From positions 80,775 to 144,774 of the forward strand of contig PGYQ01000001.1 of NCBI GenBank assembly GCA_002839745.1: a stretch of 64,000 bases of DNA, given 5' to 3'. A program made the position numbers and the translations under genes. Below, piece by piece: positions 9,393-18,384 of this stretch (position 1 is its first letter; every line of letters starts with the position of its first letter). The notes under the pieces are model-generated. The model was not told the DNA's origin. It ran no database searches and saw only the letters and a program-made list of their open reading frames with translations. This DNA comes from Candidatus Kuenenbacteria bacterium HGW-Kuenenbacteria-1. GTDB lineage: Bacteria > Patescibacteriota > Patescibacteriia > UBA2591 > PGYQ01.

Positions 9393-10787
9393 ATGGATAA
9401 ATTGTTATATAAAATTAAAAAATATATTCCATTAAAAATCTTTAAAACTTTACGGCCTTTTTATCATTTTTTATTTAGCATTGCATCGGCAATCTGGTAT
9501 CGCTTTCCATCTGATAAATTAATTGTTATTGGTATTACCGGAACAACAGGTAAAACCACGAGCGTTTTTTTAATGGCAAAGATGTTGAGTGATATAGGTT
9601 ATAAAGTTGGATATATTTCTACGGCCATGTTCAGCGATGGTAAAAAAGAATGGTTAAACGATAAAAAAATGACTATGCCTGGTCGTTTTTTTATTCAAAA
9701 AATGTTATTTGAAATGGTAAAAAATAAATGTCATTATGCTATTGTTGAAACAACATCAGAAGGTATTGAGCAATTTCGTCATCGTTTTATTAATTATGAT
9801 ATTTTAATTTTTACAGGTCTTTATCCAGAGCATATAGAATCTCATGGTAGTTTTGAAAATTATCGTAAAGCTAAAGGCAAACTATTTGCTTATTTGAAAA
9901 AATGTCATACAAAATATGTTGATGATAAAAAAGTTGTAAAATTAGCTGATAGCGGTATTAAAAAAATTATTTTAAATAAAATTAAAAAAATTATTATTAT
10001 TAATACTGATGATAAAGAAGCTGATTATTTTTTTAATTTTTGGGCTGAAGAAAAAATGGGATATAAAATTGATAATGAAAATTATCAAAATAAATATAAT
10101 ATAATTAAATATGGAAAAATAAAATCAGATATACATGGCATTAATTTTATTGTTAATAATCTTGAAATAAAATTAAACATATTAGGTGAATTTAATGTTT
10201 CCAATGCTATGAATGCAGTTTGTCTTGGTTTATCTCAAGGGATTGATTTGGCAAAAATTGCTGATAGTTTAAGTAAAATTCAGCAAGTGCCTGGGAGATT
10301 GGAATTAATTAAAGAAGCGCAACCTTTTACTATAATAGTTGATTATTCTTTTGAGCCTGGAGCAATGACAAAACTTTATGAAACCATTGAAGTTTTGCCA
10401 CATCAAAAGATTATTCATCTTTTGGGTTCTTGTGGCGGTGGGAGAGATACGTCTTATAGAAGTGAAAAAGGAAAAATTGCTGGAGCTAAAGCGGATATAG
10501 TAATTATTACTAATGAAGATCCTTATGATGAAGATCCTCAAAATATAATTAATCAGGTTTCATTGGGCGCTATAAGTTCCGGTAAAATTTTAGAAAAAAA
10601 TTTATTTAAAATTTTAGACAGAAGAGATGCAATTCATAAAGCATTATCTCTAGCTAAAGAAGGGGATTTAGTTTTAATCACAGGCAAAGGTTGCGAACAA
10701 GCAATTTGTGTAGCATCAGGAGAAAAAATCCCATGGGATGATAGGAGAGTTGTTAAAGAAGAATTAAAAGATTTTTTATTTATATAA
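9393..10787 (+). CDS. murE: UDP-N-acetylmuramyl-tripeptide synthetase
   Basis: GITGTTGKTT, ETTSEG, PEHIESHG, VPGRLE, GGGRD, NEDPYDEDP, ITGKG. Confidence 0.88.
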   Translation: MDKLLYKIKKYIPLKIFKTLRPFYHFLFSIASAIWYRFPSDKLIVIGITGTTGKTTSVFLMAKMLSDIGYKVGYISTAMFSDGKKEWLNDKKMTMPGRFFIQKMLFEMVKNKCHYAIVETTSEGIEQFRHRFINYDILIFTGLYPEHIESHGSFENYRKAKGKLFAYLKKCHTKYVDDKKVVKLADSGIKKIILNKIKKIIIINTDDKEADYFFNFWAEEKMGYKIDNENYQNKYNIIKYGKIKSDIHGINFIVNNLEIKLNILGEFNVSNAMNAVCLGLSQGIDLAKIADSLSKIQQVPGRLELIKEAQPFTIIVDYSFEPGAMTKLYETIEVLPHQKIIHLLGSCGGGRDTSYRSEKGKIAGAKADIVIITNEDPYDEDPQNIINQVSLGAISSGKILEKNLFKILDRRDAIHKALSLAKEGDLVLITGKGCEQAICVASGEKIPWDDRRVVKEELKDFLFI

Positions 10788-10792
10788 AATAT

Positions 10793-11962
10793 ATGTTTTA
10801 TTTTAATATTTCAAAATTACTCCCGCGTCTCTTAAAAAGAGAAGTGGCTGAATTATACATTACTGTTGCCATAAAAAGTTTCGCTCTTTCAATGATTTCT
10901 ATTTTTGAACCACTTTATTTTTATAAATTAGGTTTTACGATTCCACAAATTTTGCTTTTTTATTTAGCAACCTATATTTTATACTTTTTTATTGTGCCTT
11001 TGGGAGGCAAAATTATTAATCGTTTTGGGTTTGAACATTCAATCTTTTTTTCTGTTCCGTTTTGTATCCTATATTTTTTAACTCTTTATTTAATTTCGAT
11101 TTATTCTTTTTTTATTCTAATTGCCCCTATTTTTTTAATTATTTATAAAACATTATATTGGCCTAGTTATCATGCTAACTTAGCTAAATATGGCATTGAA
11201 AAAGAAAGAGGAAAAGAGGTAAGCGCATTAAATGTAATTGATTTATTATTTGGAGCGATTGGCCCTATTTTGGGAGGATTGATTATTACTTCTTTTGGAT
11301 TTAATATTTTATTTATTATTGTTGCTTGCATTCTTCTTGTTTCAGTTATTCCTCTTTTTACAACAAAAGAAAAATTTATTTCTAAAGAAATCTTTTCATA
11401 TAAAAAATGCTTCGAACGTTTATTTGCTTTAGGAAACAGAAAGGCAATGTGGAAATTTATGGGACTAGGCGAAGAAATGATTTATTTAATTATTTGGCCT
11501 ATTTTTATTTTTTTAATTATCAAAAATTATTCAGTTATTGGTGGTTTAATGACTTTATCTCTTTTAATTAGTGTTTTTGCTACATCTTATATTGGTTATT
11601 CTTTTGATAATGGTAATGGAAAAAAAATATTAAGAAAAAATTTAATTTTATATTTTATTTTATGGCTCATTCGAGGATTTATTAGTACGCCAGTAGGATT
11701 TTTTTTAATAGAACTCTTTAGTAAAATCACTAATGCTGGCATTCATATTCCTTTAATGGCACATACTTATAAAAAAGCCAATAAATATGGAACATTAAAA
11801 TATTCTATATTTTTTGAACAAGCATTAATTATTGGGAAAACATTCATCACTTTTATTGTCTTTTTATTATTTTTTATTTGGGGTGCGGGATTTTGGGTTT
11901 GGGTTGTTTGTTTTTTTATTGCTGGTTTATGTTCTTTATTGTATTATATTGATTCAAAATAA
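10793..11962 (+). CDS. MFS transporter
   Basis: About 12 hydrophobic segments; GGKIINRFG loop motif; GPILGG. Confidence 0.8.
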   Translation: MFYFNISKLLPRLLKREVAELYITVAIKSFALSMISIFEPLYFYKLGFTIPQILLFYLATYILYFFIVPLGGKIINRFGFEHSIFFSVPFCILYFLTLYLISIYSFFILIAPIFLIIYKTLYWPSYHANLAKYGIEKERGKEVSALNVIDLLFGAIGPILGGLIITSFGFNILFIIVACILLVSVIPLFTTKEKFISKEIFSYKKCFERLFALGNRKAMWKFMGLGEEMIYLIIWPIFIFLIIKNYSVIGGLMTLSLLISVFATSYIGYSFDNGNGKKILRKNLILYFILWLIRGFISTPVGFFLIELFSKITNAGIHIPLMAHTYKKANKYGTLKYSIFFEQALIIGKTFITFIVFLLFFIWGAGFWVWVVCFFIAGLCSLLYYIDSK

Positions 11963-11994
11963 AAAATAATATAGAATTAAATTCTATTTTTTTT

Positions 11995-12066
11995 CCGCCT
12001 ATAGCTCAATGGTAGAGCAGTAGCCTCTTAAGCTATTGGTTCCAGGTTCGAGTCCTGGTGGGCGGA
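11995..12066 (+). tRNA. tRNA-Lys (CTT)
   Basis: Acceptor CCGCCTA/TGGGCGG, TAGCTCAATGGTAGAGC, anticodon loop CTCTTAA, GGTTCGAGTCC. Confidence 0.93.
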
Positions 12067-12197
12067 AAAAAAATAGAAAATTTTTACTTATTATTATTTA
12101 TTATTTTACAATTTTCTATAAATTTGGTATTATTAAAATAAGATTTAATTTTTATTTTTCGTAACTATATATTAGTTACGAGTTACTCTAAATTTTT

Positions 12198-12380
12198 ATG
12201 ATAAAATCTCATAAATCAATTACAAAACGTTTTAGTAAAACTAAAACTGGAAAAATTTTGCATCGCGTTTGCGGGCAAGATCATTTTAATGCGAGAGAGA
12301 GTGGCAATACAACTAGAAATAAACGCAAAGACAAAGTATTGTCTCCGGCATTTCAAAAAGCTTTGAAAAAATTATTTTAA
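12198..12380 (+). CDS. rpmI: 50S ribosomal protein L35
   Basis: KSHKSITKRFSKTKTGK...GQDHFNARE. Confidence 0.88.
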   Translation: MIKSHKSITKRFSKTKTGKILHRVCGQDHFNARESGNTTRNKRKDKVLSPAFQKALKKLF

Positions 12381-12384
12381 ACAA

Positions 12385-13017
12385 ATGAAATTTATTCGTT
12401 CAAAAAAACTTATTTTTGTAAATAATAAAGGAGGAGTTGGTAAAACTACATTGGCTTTTAATACTGCTGTTAAATTTTCTGAAAATAGAATTATATTTTT
12501 AGGATCTGATTATTTTATCGCGCCTTTAATGCCTGATGCTTTTTCTGTTCAAGGTATTGAGAATTTAGGAAATACTTTTGAGGAATGGAAAGATAATTGG
12601 AAAAAAACTGCAAGAGTTTTAGCAAAAGATAAGGGGATCGCTCATAATAAAGTTTTAGATGGTGAAGGACTGTTTATAGGTTATGTAATAAATTCATATA
12701 ATCAATATTCAAAAAAGCCAATTAAAAATAATGAAGAATGGATTGCTAAAATTCCTAGTTATATTAAAAAATATTTATCAGAAAAACATTGTAGAAATGG
12801 ACTTGTTGAAAAATCTTGGAAATCAGAATTGGCGTTGATTAAAGATTTTGGACAATTGTCTCCATTAGCGTGGATTAAAAATAAAGCTATATTTAATCTT
12901 GATCCAATTATTGATGGTTTTGAAAATATAAAAAGGACTAAAGAAAATCTTGAGCAATCTAAAAAAGAATTTAGCCAGCTATCAGAAAAGATTTTAAAAA
13001 TCCTTTCAAAATATTAA
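12385..13017 (+). pseudogene. ParA/Soj-family ATPase with a large in-frame internal deletion
   Basis: Deviant Walker A NNKGGVGKTT is followed within about 12 aa by NRIIFLGSDYFIAPL. The DxDPQ and Walker B segments are missing. Confidence 0.65.
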
Positions 13018-13040
13018 TTTTAATTTTAATTTTTTATTTC

Positions 13041-13589
13041 ATGAGAACTTATCGCAATAAATTTGCTGCTTATAAAAAACAAAAAAAATTTTATTATAAA
13101 AATGAAAAAATATTTGCTTTAGAGGTTAAATTAGTTGATGAACAAGGTGAATTCATTGGAATTTTTCCTACTAAAGAAGCTCTTGAAATGGCCAAAGAAA
13201 GGGGATATGATTTGGTAGAAATTTCTCCAAAAGAAAATCCTCCAGTGGCAAAGTTTTTAAATTTTGGACAACTTCAGTACGAAGAACAAAAAAAAAGACG
13301 AAAAGAAAAGGCTAAATTAAAAACCATAGAAACAAAAGGAATAAGATTAAGTTTACGAATCAGTCAACATGATTTAGATATAAAATTAAAACAAGTTCAA
13401 AAATTTTTTGAAAAAAAACATAAGGTAAAAATAGAAATGAATTTAAAAGGAAGAGAAAGACAACATGCAGATTTAGCAATGCAAATTATTCAGAAATTTA
13501 TTGAACAATTAGGAGAAAAAGTTGTTATTGAACAACCAACAGCAAGACAGGGTGGTCGTTTATTTATTTTAATAAAAGAAAAAGAATAA
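13041..13589 (+). CDS. infC: Translation initiation factor IF-3
   Basis: NEKI..EVKLVDEQGE, DLVEISP..PPVAK, ISQHDL, KGRE. Confidence 0.93.
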   Translation: MRTYRNKFAAYKKQKKFYYKNEKIFALEVKLVDEQGEFIGIFPTKEALEMAKERGYDLVEISPKENPPVAKFLNFGQLQYEEQKKRRKEKAKLKTIETKGIRLSLRISQHDLDIKLKQVQKFFEKKHKVKIEMNLKGRERQHADLAMQIIQKFIEQLGEKVVIEQPTARQGGRLFILIKEKE

Positions 13590-13596
13590 TAAAACT

Positions 13597-15048
13597 ATGG
13601 CAGAAGAAGTAATTTTGAGATTTGATAATGTATCATTTGAATATTTATATAAAAAACCTCTTTTAGAAGAGGCTAGTTTTAGTATTCGTAAAGGTTCAAA
13701 AATTACCTTAATGGGACAAAATGGCGCTGGCAAAAGTACTCTTTTTGGTTTAATAAAAAATGAACTTAGTCCAAAAACAGGAAAAATATCAATTACTAAT
13801 AATGCGACAATTGGTACGGCCATGCAAGTAATTAATAGAGAAGATTTTGATTTAACAATAGAAGAATATTTTGCTAAAGCTTTTGAAATAGTGCCAGCTG
13901 ATCTTAAAAGTAAAATAAGCAAGGTAATGGAAGTAGTAAATTTAGTTATTTCTATAGATAAAAAAGTGGGTTTTCTTTCTGGAGGACAAAAAGCTCGATT
14001 GTTATTGGCCTATGCCTTAATTAAAAACCCAGATATTCTATTATTAGATGAACCAACAAATAATCTTGATCAAACAGGAATTGATCATTTAATTACATTT
14101 TTAATAATGTATGAAAAAACTGTTATTGTTATTTCTCATGATGCTGATTTTTTAAATTGTTTTACTGAGGGCGTTATTTATTTGGATATATTTACTAAAA
14201 AACTTGAAACATATGTTGGAGATTATTATTCTGTGGTAGAAGAAATAGAAAAAAGAATAGAAAGAGAAATAAAGAAAAATGCTCAATTAGAAAAACAAAT
14301 TCAAGATCGAAAAGAAAAGGTTAATTTTTTTGCTAATAAAGGTGGAAAAATGCGAAAATTAGCACAAAAATTACGAAATGAAACAGAAGAGATGGAAGAA
14401 AATAAAGTGGACGTAAGAAGAGAAGATAAAACAATAAGAAATTTTATAATTCCTTGTCAGGATATTTTTGGAAATATTGTTACAATAAAATCGGTAAAAA
14501 TTATTAAGGATCATCAACCAATAATTAAAAAAATAGACAAGGTATTAACAAAAGGTATGCGTATGTTAATTTCTGGTCCAAATGGAATTGGTAAAACTAC
14601 TTTTTTGCGATCGCTGATAAATAATGAAAACGAGGGAGCTAATATATTAGATGGAGTTTGTGTGGGATATTATAGTCAAGATTTTACTAATTTGAATTTT
14701 AATGACACTGTTTTTGATTCATTAGAAAGTATTTTAAAAACAGGCACAGACGAACAAGAAATGAGATCAATTGCTGCTGGTTTTTTAATTACTGGCGATT
14801 TAATGGGACATAAAGTATCTCATTTATCTGAGGGGCAAAAAGGGTTATTGTCTTTTGCTCGGCTAGTATTAATGTGTCCGGGACTTTTGATTTTAGATGA
14901 GCCAACGAACCATATTAATTTTAGACATATTCCAGTAATTGCCAAAGCCCTTAATGAATATAAAGGAGCAATGATTTTAATTAGTCATATGCCTGAATTT
15001 GCAGAAAAAATAAAAATAGATGAAAACCTTGATTTAGGAAAAATTTAA
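13597..15048 (+). CDS. ABC-F family ATP-binding protein
   Basis: Two ABC domains (GQNGAGKST/LSGGQ/LLLDEPTN and GPNGIGKTT/LSEGQ/LILDEPTN), no TM segments. Confidence 0.9.
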   Translation: MAEEVILRFDNVSFEYLYKKPLLEEASFSIRKGSKITLMGQNGAGKSTLFGLIKNELSPKTGKISITNNATIGTAMQVINREDFDLTIEEYFAKAFEIVPADLKSKISKVMEVVNLVISIDKKVGFLSGGQKARLLLAYALIKNPDILLLDEPTNNLDQTGIDHLITFLIMYEKTVIVISHDADFLNCFTEGVIYLDIFTKKLETYVGDYYSVVEEIEKRIEREIKKNAQLEKQIQDRKEKVNFFANKGGKMRKLAQKLRNETEEMEENKVDVRREDKTIRNFIIPCQDIFGNIVTIKSVKIIKDHQPIIKKIDKVLTKGMRMLISGPNGIGKTTFLRSLINNENEGANILDGVCVGYYSQDFTNLNFNDTVFDSLESILKTGTDEQEMRSIAAGFLITGDLMGHKVSHLSEGQKGLLSFARLVLMCPGLLILDEPTNHINFRHIPVIAKALNEYKGAMILISHMPEFAEKIKIDENLDLGKI

Positions 15049-16004
15049 AATTCTTTTTTATATTGAGCAAGGATTTTTTGGGCTTCTTTTAAATTTTTAG
15101 TTTCCATTAATTGTATTCGAATTTTTTTAGCAAGAGGAAAACCAGTGATATAAGTATTAAAATGTTTTTTTAAAACAGCAAAATTTTTCGATTCTTGATA
15201 ATTTTTATAAAATAAAAAAGCATGTTCTTGGGTAATTATTATTTTTTCTAAAGGTGAAATTAATTGTTTATCTTTTTTAGAATTAAATATCCAAGGATTT
15301 CCAATGGCTGCTCGGCCAATCATAATCCCATCTGCTCCTGTTTCTTTTGCTTTTATTTTAGCTTCTTTAAGATTTTTAATATCACCATTGCCAATAATTA
15401 AGGTTTCACTTTTTTTGGCAATTTTTACTGCCTCTTTGATCATTTCCCAATGCGAAGGAAAGGAAAACATTTCTTTTCTTGTTCGAGCGTGAATGGTAAT
15501 TGCTACTGGAGCTTCGGCTAAAAGTTCTGGTAACCAACTTGTCAAAATGTTTTTATCATAACCAATCCTTGTTTTTATTGACACAGGTAATTTTCCAGCA
15601 CCTTTTTTTGTTGCTTGAATAATTTCTCGCGCTAGTTTTGGGTTTTTAATTAAAGATGCGCCAGCTCCTTGTTTTTCTATTTTTTTATCAGGACAACCCA
15701 TATTAATATCAATGCCGTCAAAACCTAATGTTTTAATTAATTTTGCCACTTTAAAAAAATTATCTGGTTTAGCGCCAAAAATTTGAGCTACAATTGGTTT
15801 TTCATTTTTTTCAAAAGCAAAATAAGGCAATAATTTTTCTTTTGCTTGCGAACAAAGTCCGTCTACAGAAACAAATTCAGTAAAAAAAACATCTGGTTTG
15901 CCGTATTTTACAAACATTTGTCGAAAAACAATATCAGTCACCTCGTGCATTGGCGCTAAAATAAAGAAAGGTTTTTTTAATTTTTCCCAAAAGCCTTTTT
16001 CCAT
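15045..16004 (-). CDS. dusB: tRNA-dihydrouridine synthase
   Basis: LAPM, TEFV, IDINMGCP, GAGASL, IHARTR, GNGDI, MIGRA. Confidence 0.85.
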   Translation of the reverse strand: MEKGFWEKLKKPFFILAPMHEVTDIVFRQMFVKYGKPDVFFTEFVSVDGLCSQAKEKLLPYFAFEKNEKPIVAQIFGAKPDNFFKVAKLIKTLGFDGIDINMGCPDKKIEKQGAGASLIKNPKLAREIIQATKKGAGKLPVSIKTRIGYDKNILTSWLPELLAEAPVAITIHARTRKEMFSFPSHWEMIKEAVKIAKKSETLIIGNGDIKNLKEAKIKAKETGADGIMIGRAAIGNPWIFNSKKDKQLISPLEKIIITQEHAFLFYKNYQESKNFAVLKKHFNTYITGFPLAKKIRIQLMETKNLKEAQKILAQYKKEF

Positions 16005-16052
16005 ATTATCAGTTTAATATAGACTTAATTTTTTTTCAAATAATAATTTAAA

Positions 16053-16094
16053 AAACTATGGGATAAACTATGGGCGTTAAAAACCCATAGTTTA
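16053..16094. repeat. Palindrome with a duplicated arm in the dus/murA divergent spacer
   Basis: aaactatggg occurs twice (16053, 16065); taaactatggg/cccatagttta form an 11-bp inverted repeat. Confidence 0.7.
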
Positions 16095-16158
16095 TTTTTA
16101 ATTTTCTTTTTATATGTGCCATTGGTAATGATTTAAATTTTATGTTAATATTTTATAT

Positions 16159-17415
16159 ATGAAATATATTATTCAAGGTAAAAGAAAATTAAATGGAGAA
16201 ATCAAGGTTAATGGAGCTAAAAATTTAGCTTTAAAAGCATTAGCCGCTTCTTTTTTATTTAAACAAGATATTATTATTAATAATGTTCCGGATATTGAAG
16301 ATATAAAACAAATGTTAGAAATAATAAAAGATTTAGGAGCCAAAGTGAAAAAAATTAATGATTATAAATATAAAATTTCTACAAAAAATATTAACAAAAT
16401 AGAATTGAGTTCTAGTTTAGCTCCTAAATTACGAGCCTCTATTGTTTTAATTGGTCCAATGTTGGCAAGATTTGGTGAAGCAAAACTTCCATATCCAGGT
16501 GGATGTATAATTGGTATGAGACCAATTGATATTTTTATTGATGGATTTAAAGCATTGGGAGTTGAAATAGAAGAAAATAAAAATGGTTTTTATTTTAAAG
16601 TAAAAAAATTAAAAGGCGCTAAATTTATTTTTCCAATTATTAGTGTTACGGCAACGGAAACATTAATGATGGCGGCAACGTTGGCTAAAGGTAAAACAAC
16701 TTTGGTTAATTCTGCTTGTGAACCAGAAATTTCAGCTTTGGCTAATTATCTTAATTCTTGTGGAGCAAAAATTTCTGGGGCAGGGACAAGCACAATTATT
16801 ATTGAAGGAGTAAATAAATTATTAGCTAAAGACGTTTTTAATATCATTCCGGACAGAATAGAAGCTGGCACTTTTGCTATTATGGCTGCAGCAACAAAAA
16901 GTGATATTTTAATTAAAAATTGTGATCCTAATCATTTAGAAATTCCTCTTTTAATGTTAAAAAAAATTGGTGTAAATTTTGAAACAAAAAAGGATTATAT
17001 TCACGTATTTCCTTCTAAAAATTTAAAAGCGACAAATATTGTCACTCATGAATATCCTGGATTTGTTACTGATTTACAAGCGCCATTTACTGTTTTATTA
17101 ACTCAAGCTCAGGGAATTAGTTTAATTCATGAAACGATTTATGAAGGAAGATTATTTTATATTGATAAATTAAATAGAATGGGCGCGCATATTATTTTAT
17201 GCGATCCACATCGAGCGATTGTTAATGGCTTAACAAAATTATATGGCAAAAAAGTAGAAAGTCCAGATATTCGAGCGGGTATGGCAATAATGATTGCTGC
17301 TCTTATTGCCGAAGGAGAAACAGAAATTGATAATATTTATCAAATTAATCGAGGATATGAAAAAATTGATGAACGATTACAAAAGTTGGGAGCAGAAATT
17401 AAGAGACAGGATTAA
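16159..17415 (+). CDS. murA: UDP-N-acetylglucosamine 1-carboxyvinyltransferase
   Basis: NGAKN, LRAS, PGGCIIGMRPID, SVTATE, PDRIEAGT, YPGFVTDLQ, DIRAG. Confidence 0.96.
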   Translation: MKYIIQGKRKLNGEIKVNGAKNLALKALAASFLFKQDIIINNVPDIEDIKQMLEIIKDLGAKVKKINDYKYKISTKNINKIELSSSLAPKLRASIVLIGPMLARFGEAKLPYPGGCIIGMRPIDIFIDGFKALGVEIEENKNGFYFKVKKLKGAKFIFPIISVTATETLMMAATLAKGKTTLVNSACEPEISALANYLNSCGAKISGAGTSTIIIEGVNKLLAKDVFNIIPDRIEAGTFAIMAAATKSDILIKNCDPNHLEIPLLMLKKIGVNFETKKDYIHVFPSKNLKATNIVTHEYPGFVTDLQAPFTVLLTQAQGISLIHETIYEGRLFYIDKLNRMGAHIILCDPHRAIVNGLTKLYGKKVESPDIRAGMAIMIAALIAEGETEIDNIYQINRGYEKIDERLQKLGAEIKRQD

Positions 17416-17446
17416 AAATCAGTAATTAGTAATGGTTAAACAAATA

Positions 17447-17570
17447 ATGTGAGTGAGGGTTTGCATCTACTTAATTTATTTTTTGGGTAAGTTGGAAAGT
17501 TTATTTTTTTGGGTAGGTTGGAGCCTCTGCTCCAACCAAAAAATGAGAGCAGAGGCTCTCATCTACCCCA
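17447..17570 (+). repeat. REP array: intact 60-bp GTAG-REP doublet (REPIN, 17511-17570) preceded by decayed REP copies
   Basis: gggtag-gttggagc-ctct-gctccaacc-aaaaa-atgagagc-agag-gctctcat-ctacccca. A decayed second-REP copy at 17447-17470 matches 16/24 ungapped; a partial first REP lies at 17485-17496. Confidence 0.9.
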
Positions 17571-17809
17571 AGAATTGGAATTAGGGAATTGGAATTAGAA
17601 TGAATTAGGGACCGTTCATAAAAGTGTGGCTAGCTTTTTTTATCTTTTTGGGTTTAATAGTTAAAAATGGTTGCAATAATAGTTAAATTTGTTTTATTAT
17701 TAGAATAAATATTAAATTTATTATTAAATAATTATACATTTTTACTATGCCAGACACAATTTTATGTAGGGTCTCAAGAATTATAACTTTTAGAAATAAA
17801 AATAATAAA

Positions 17810-18370
17810 ATGCAATTTAAAAATTTTCCTAAATTTCAAGAAGGAATTCATTTTATCACAACAAAAACATTTAGAAATTATCCATATTTTAAAGATGAAA
17901 AAAATTGTCTAATTTTATTAGAAGAATTGAATTTTTATAGAAAAAAATTAGATTTTAAGATTTTGGGTTATGTAATAATGTCAGATCATTTACATTTTTT
18001 AATTTGGTGGGACATAGAAAAATATCCAGAATTAACGATTTCAAAAATAATGCAAGGGATAAAAGGACATTCAGCTATAAAAATAAGAGATTATATAAAT
18101 ATAACGGGTAGGTTGGAGCCTCTGCTCCAACCAAAAGATGAGAGCAGAGGCTCTCATCTACCCCATAAAAAAGGTCTTAAATATAAAATTTGGCAATCTG
18201 GATTTTATGATTTTAATATTATTTCTGAAAGAAAATTTTTAGAAAAGTTAAATTATATTCACAACAATCCAACCAAGTTTGGTTTATGTAAAAATTTAGA
18301 AGATTATAAATGGTCAAGTTATCGACAATTTATAAATTTAGATAAAAATTTAATTTTAAAAATTGATTAG
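17810..18370 (+). mobile_element. REP-associated tyrosine transposase (RAYT / Y1 HUH, IS200-like); ORF track start 17747, likely ATG 17810
   Basis: HFITTKT, HUH motif YVIMSDHLHFL, IWQSGFYD, catalytic Tyr in KLNYIHNNP, YKWSS; adjacent GTAG REPs. Confidence 0.9.
18106..18165 (+). repeat. REPIN copy inside the RAYT coding sequence (in frame)
   Basis: 59/60 identical to 17511-17570; encodes GRLEPLLQPKDESRGSHLPH. Confidence 0.95.
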
Positions 18371-18384
18371 TTATAAATTTTTTT

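Noticed and set aside
12159..12181. Second dif-like site (tcgtaacta-tatat-tagttacga)
   Set aside because: The centre is 5 nt and the arms lack the TAA/TTA edges. It fits the GTTACGA heptamer hairpin family better.
17606..17625. Possible IS terminal inverted repeat (gggaccgttcataaaa) upstream of the RAYT
   Set aside because: No matching partner end was found in the window.
17747..17809. N-terminal extension of the RAYT ORF
   Set aside because: The ATG at 17810 gives a typical RAYT N-terminus. The extension contains only a possible decayed GTAG fragment.
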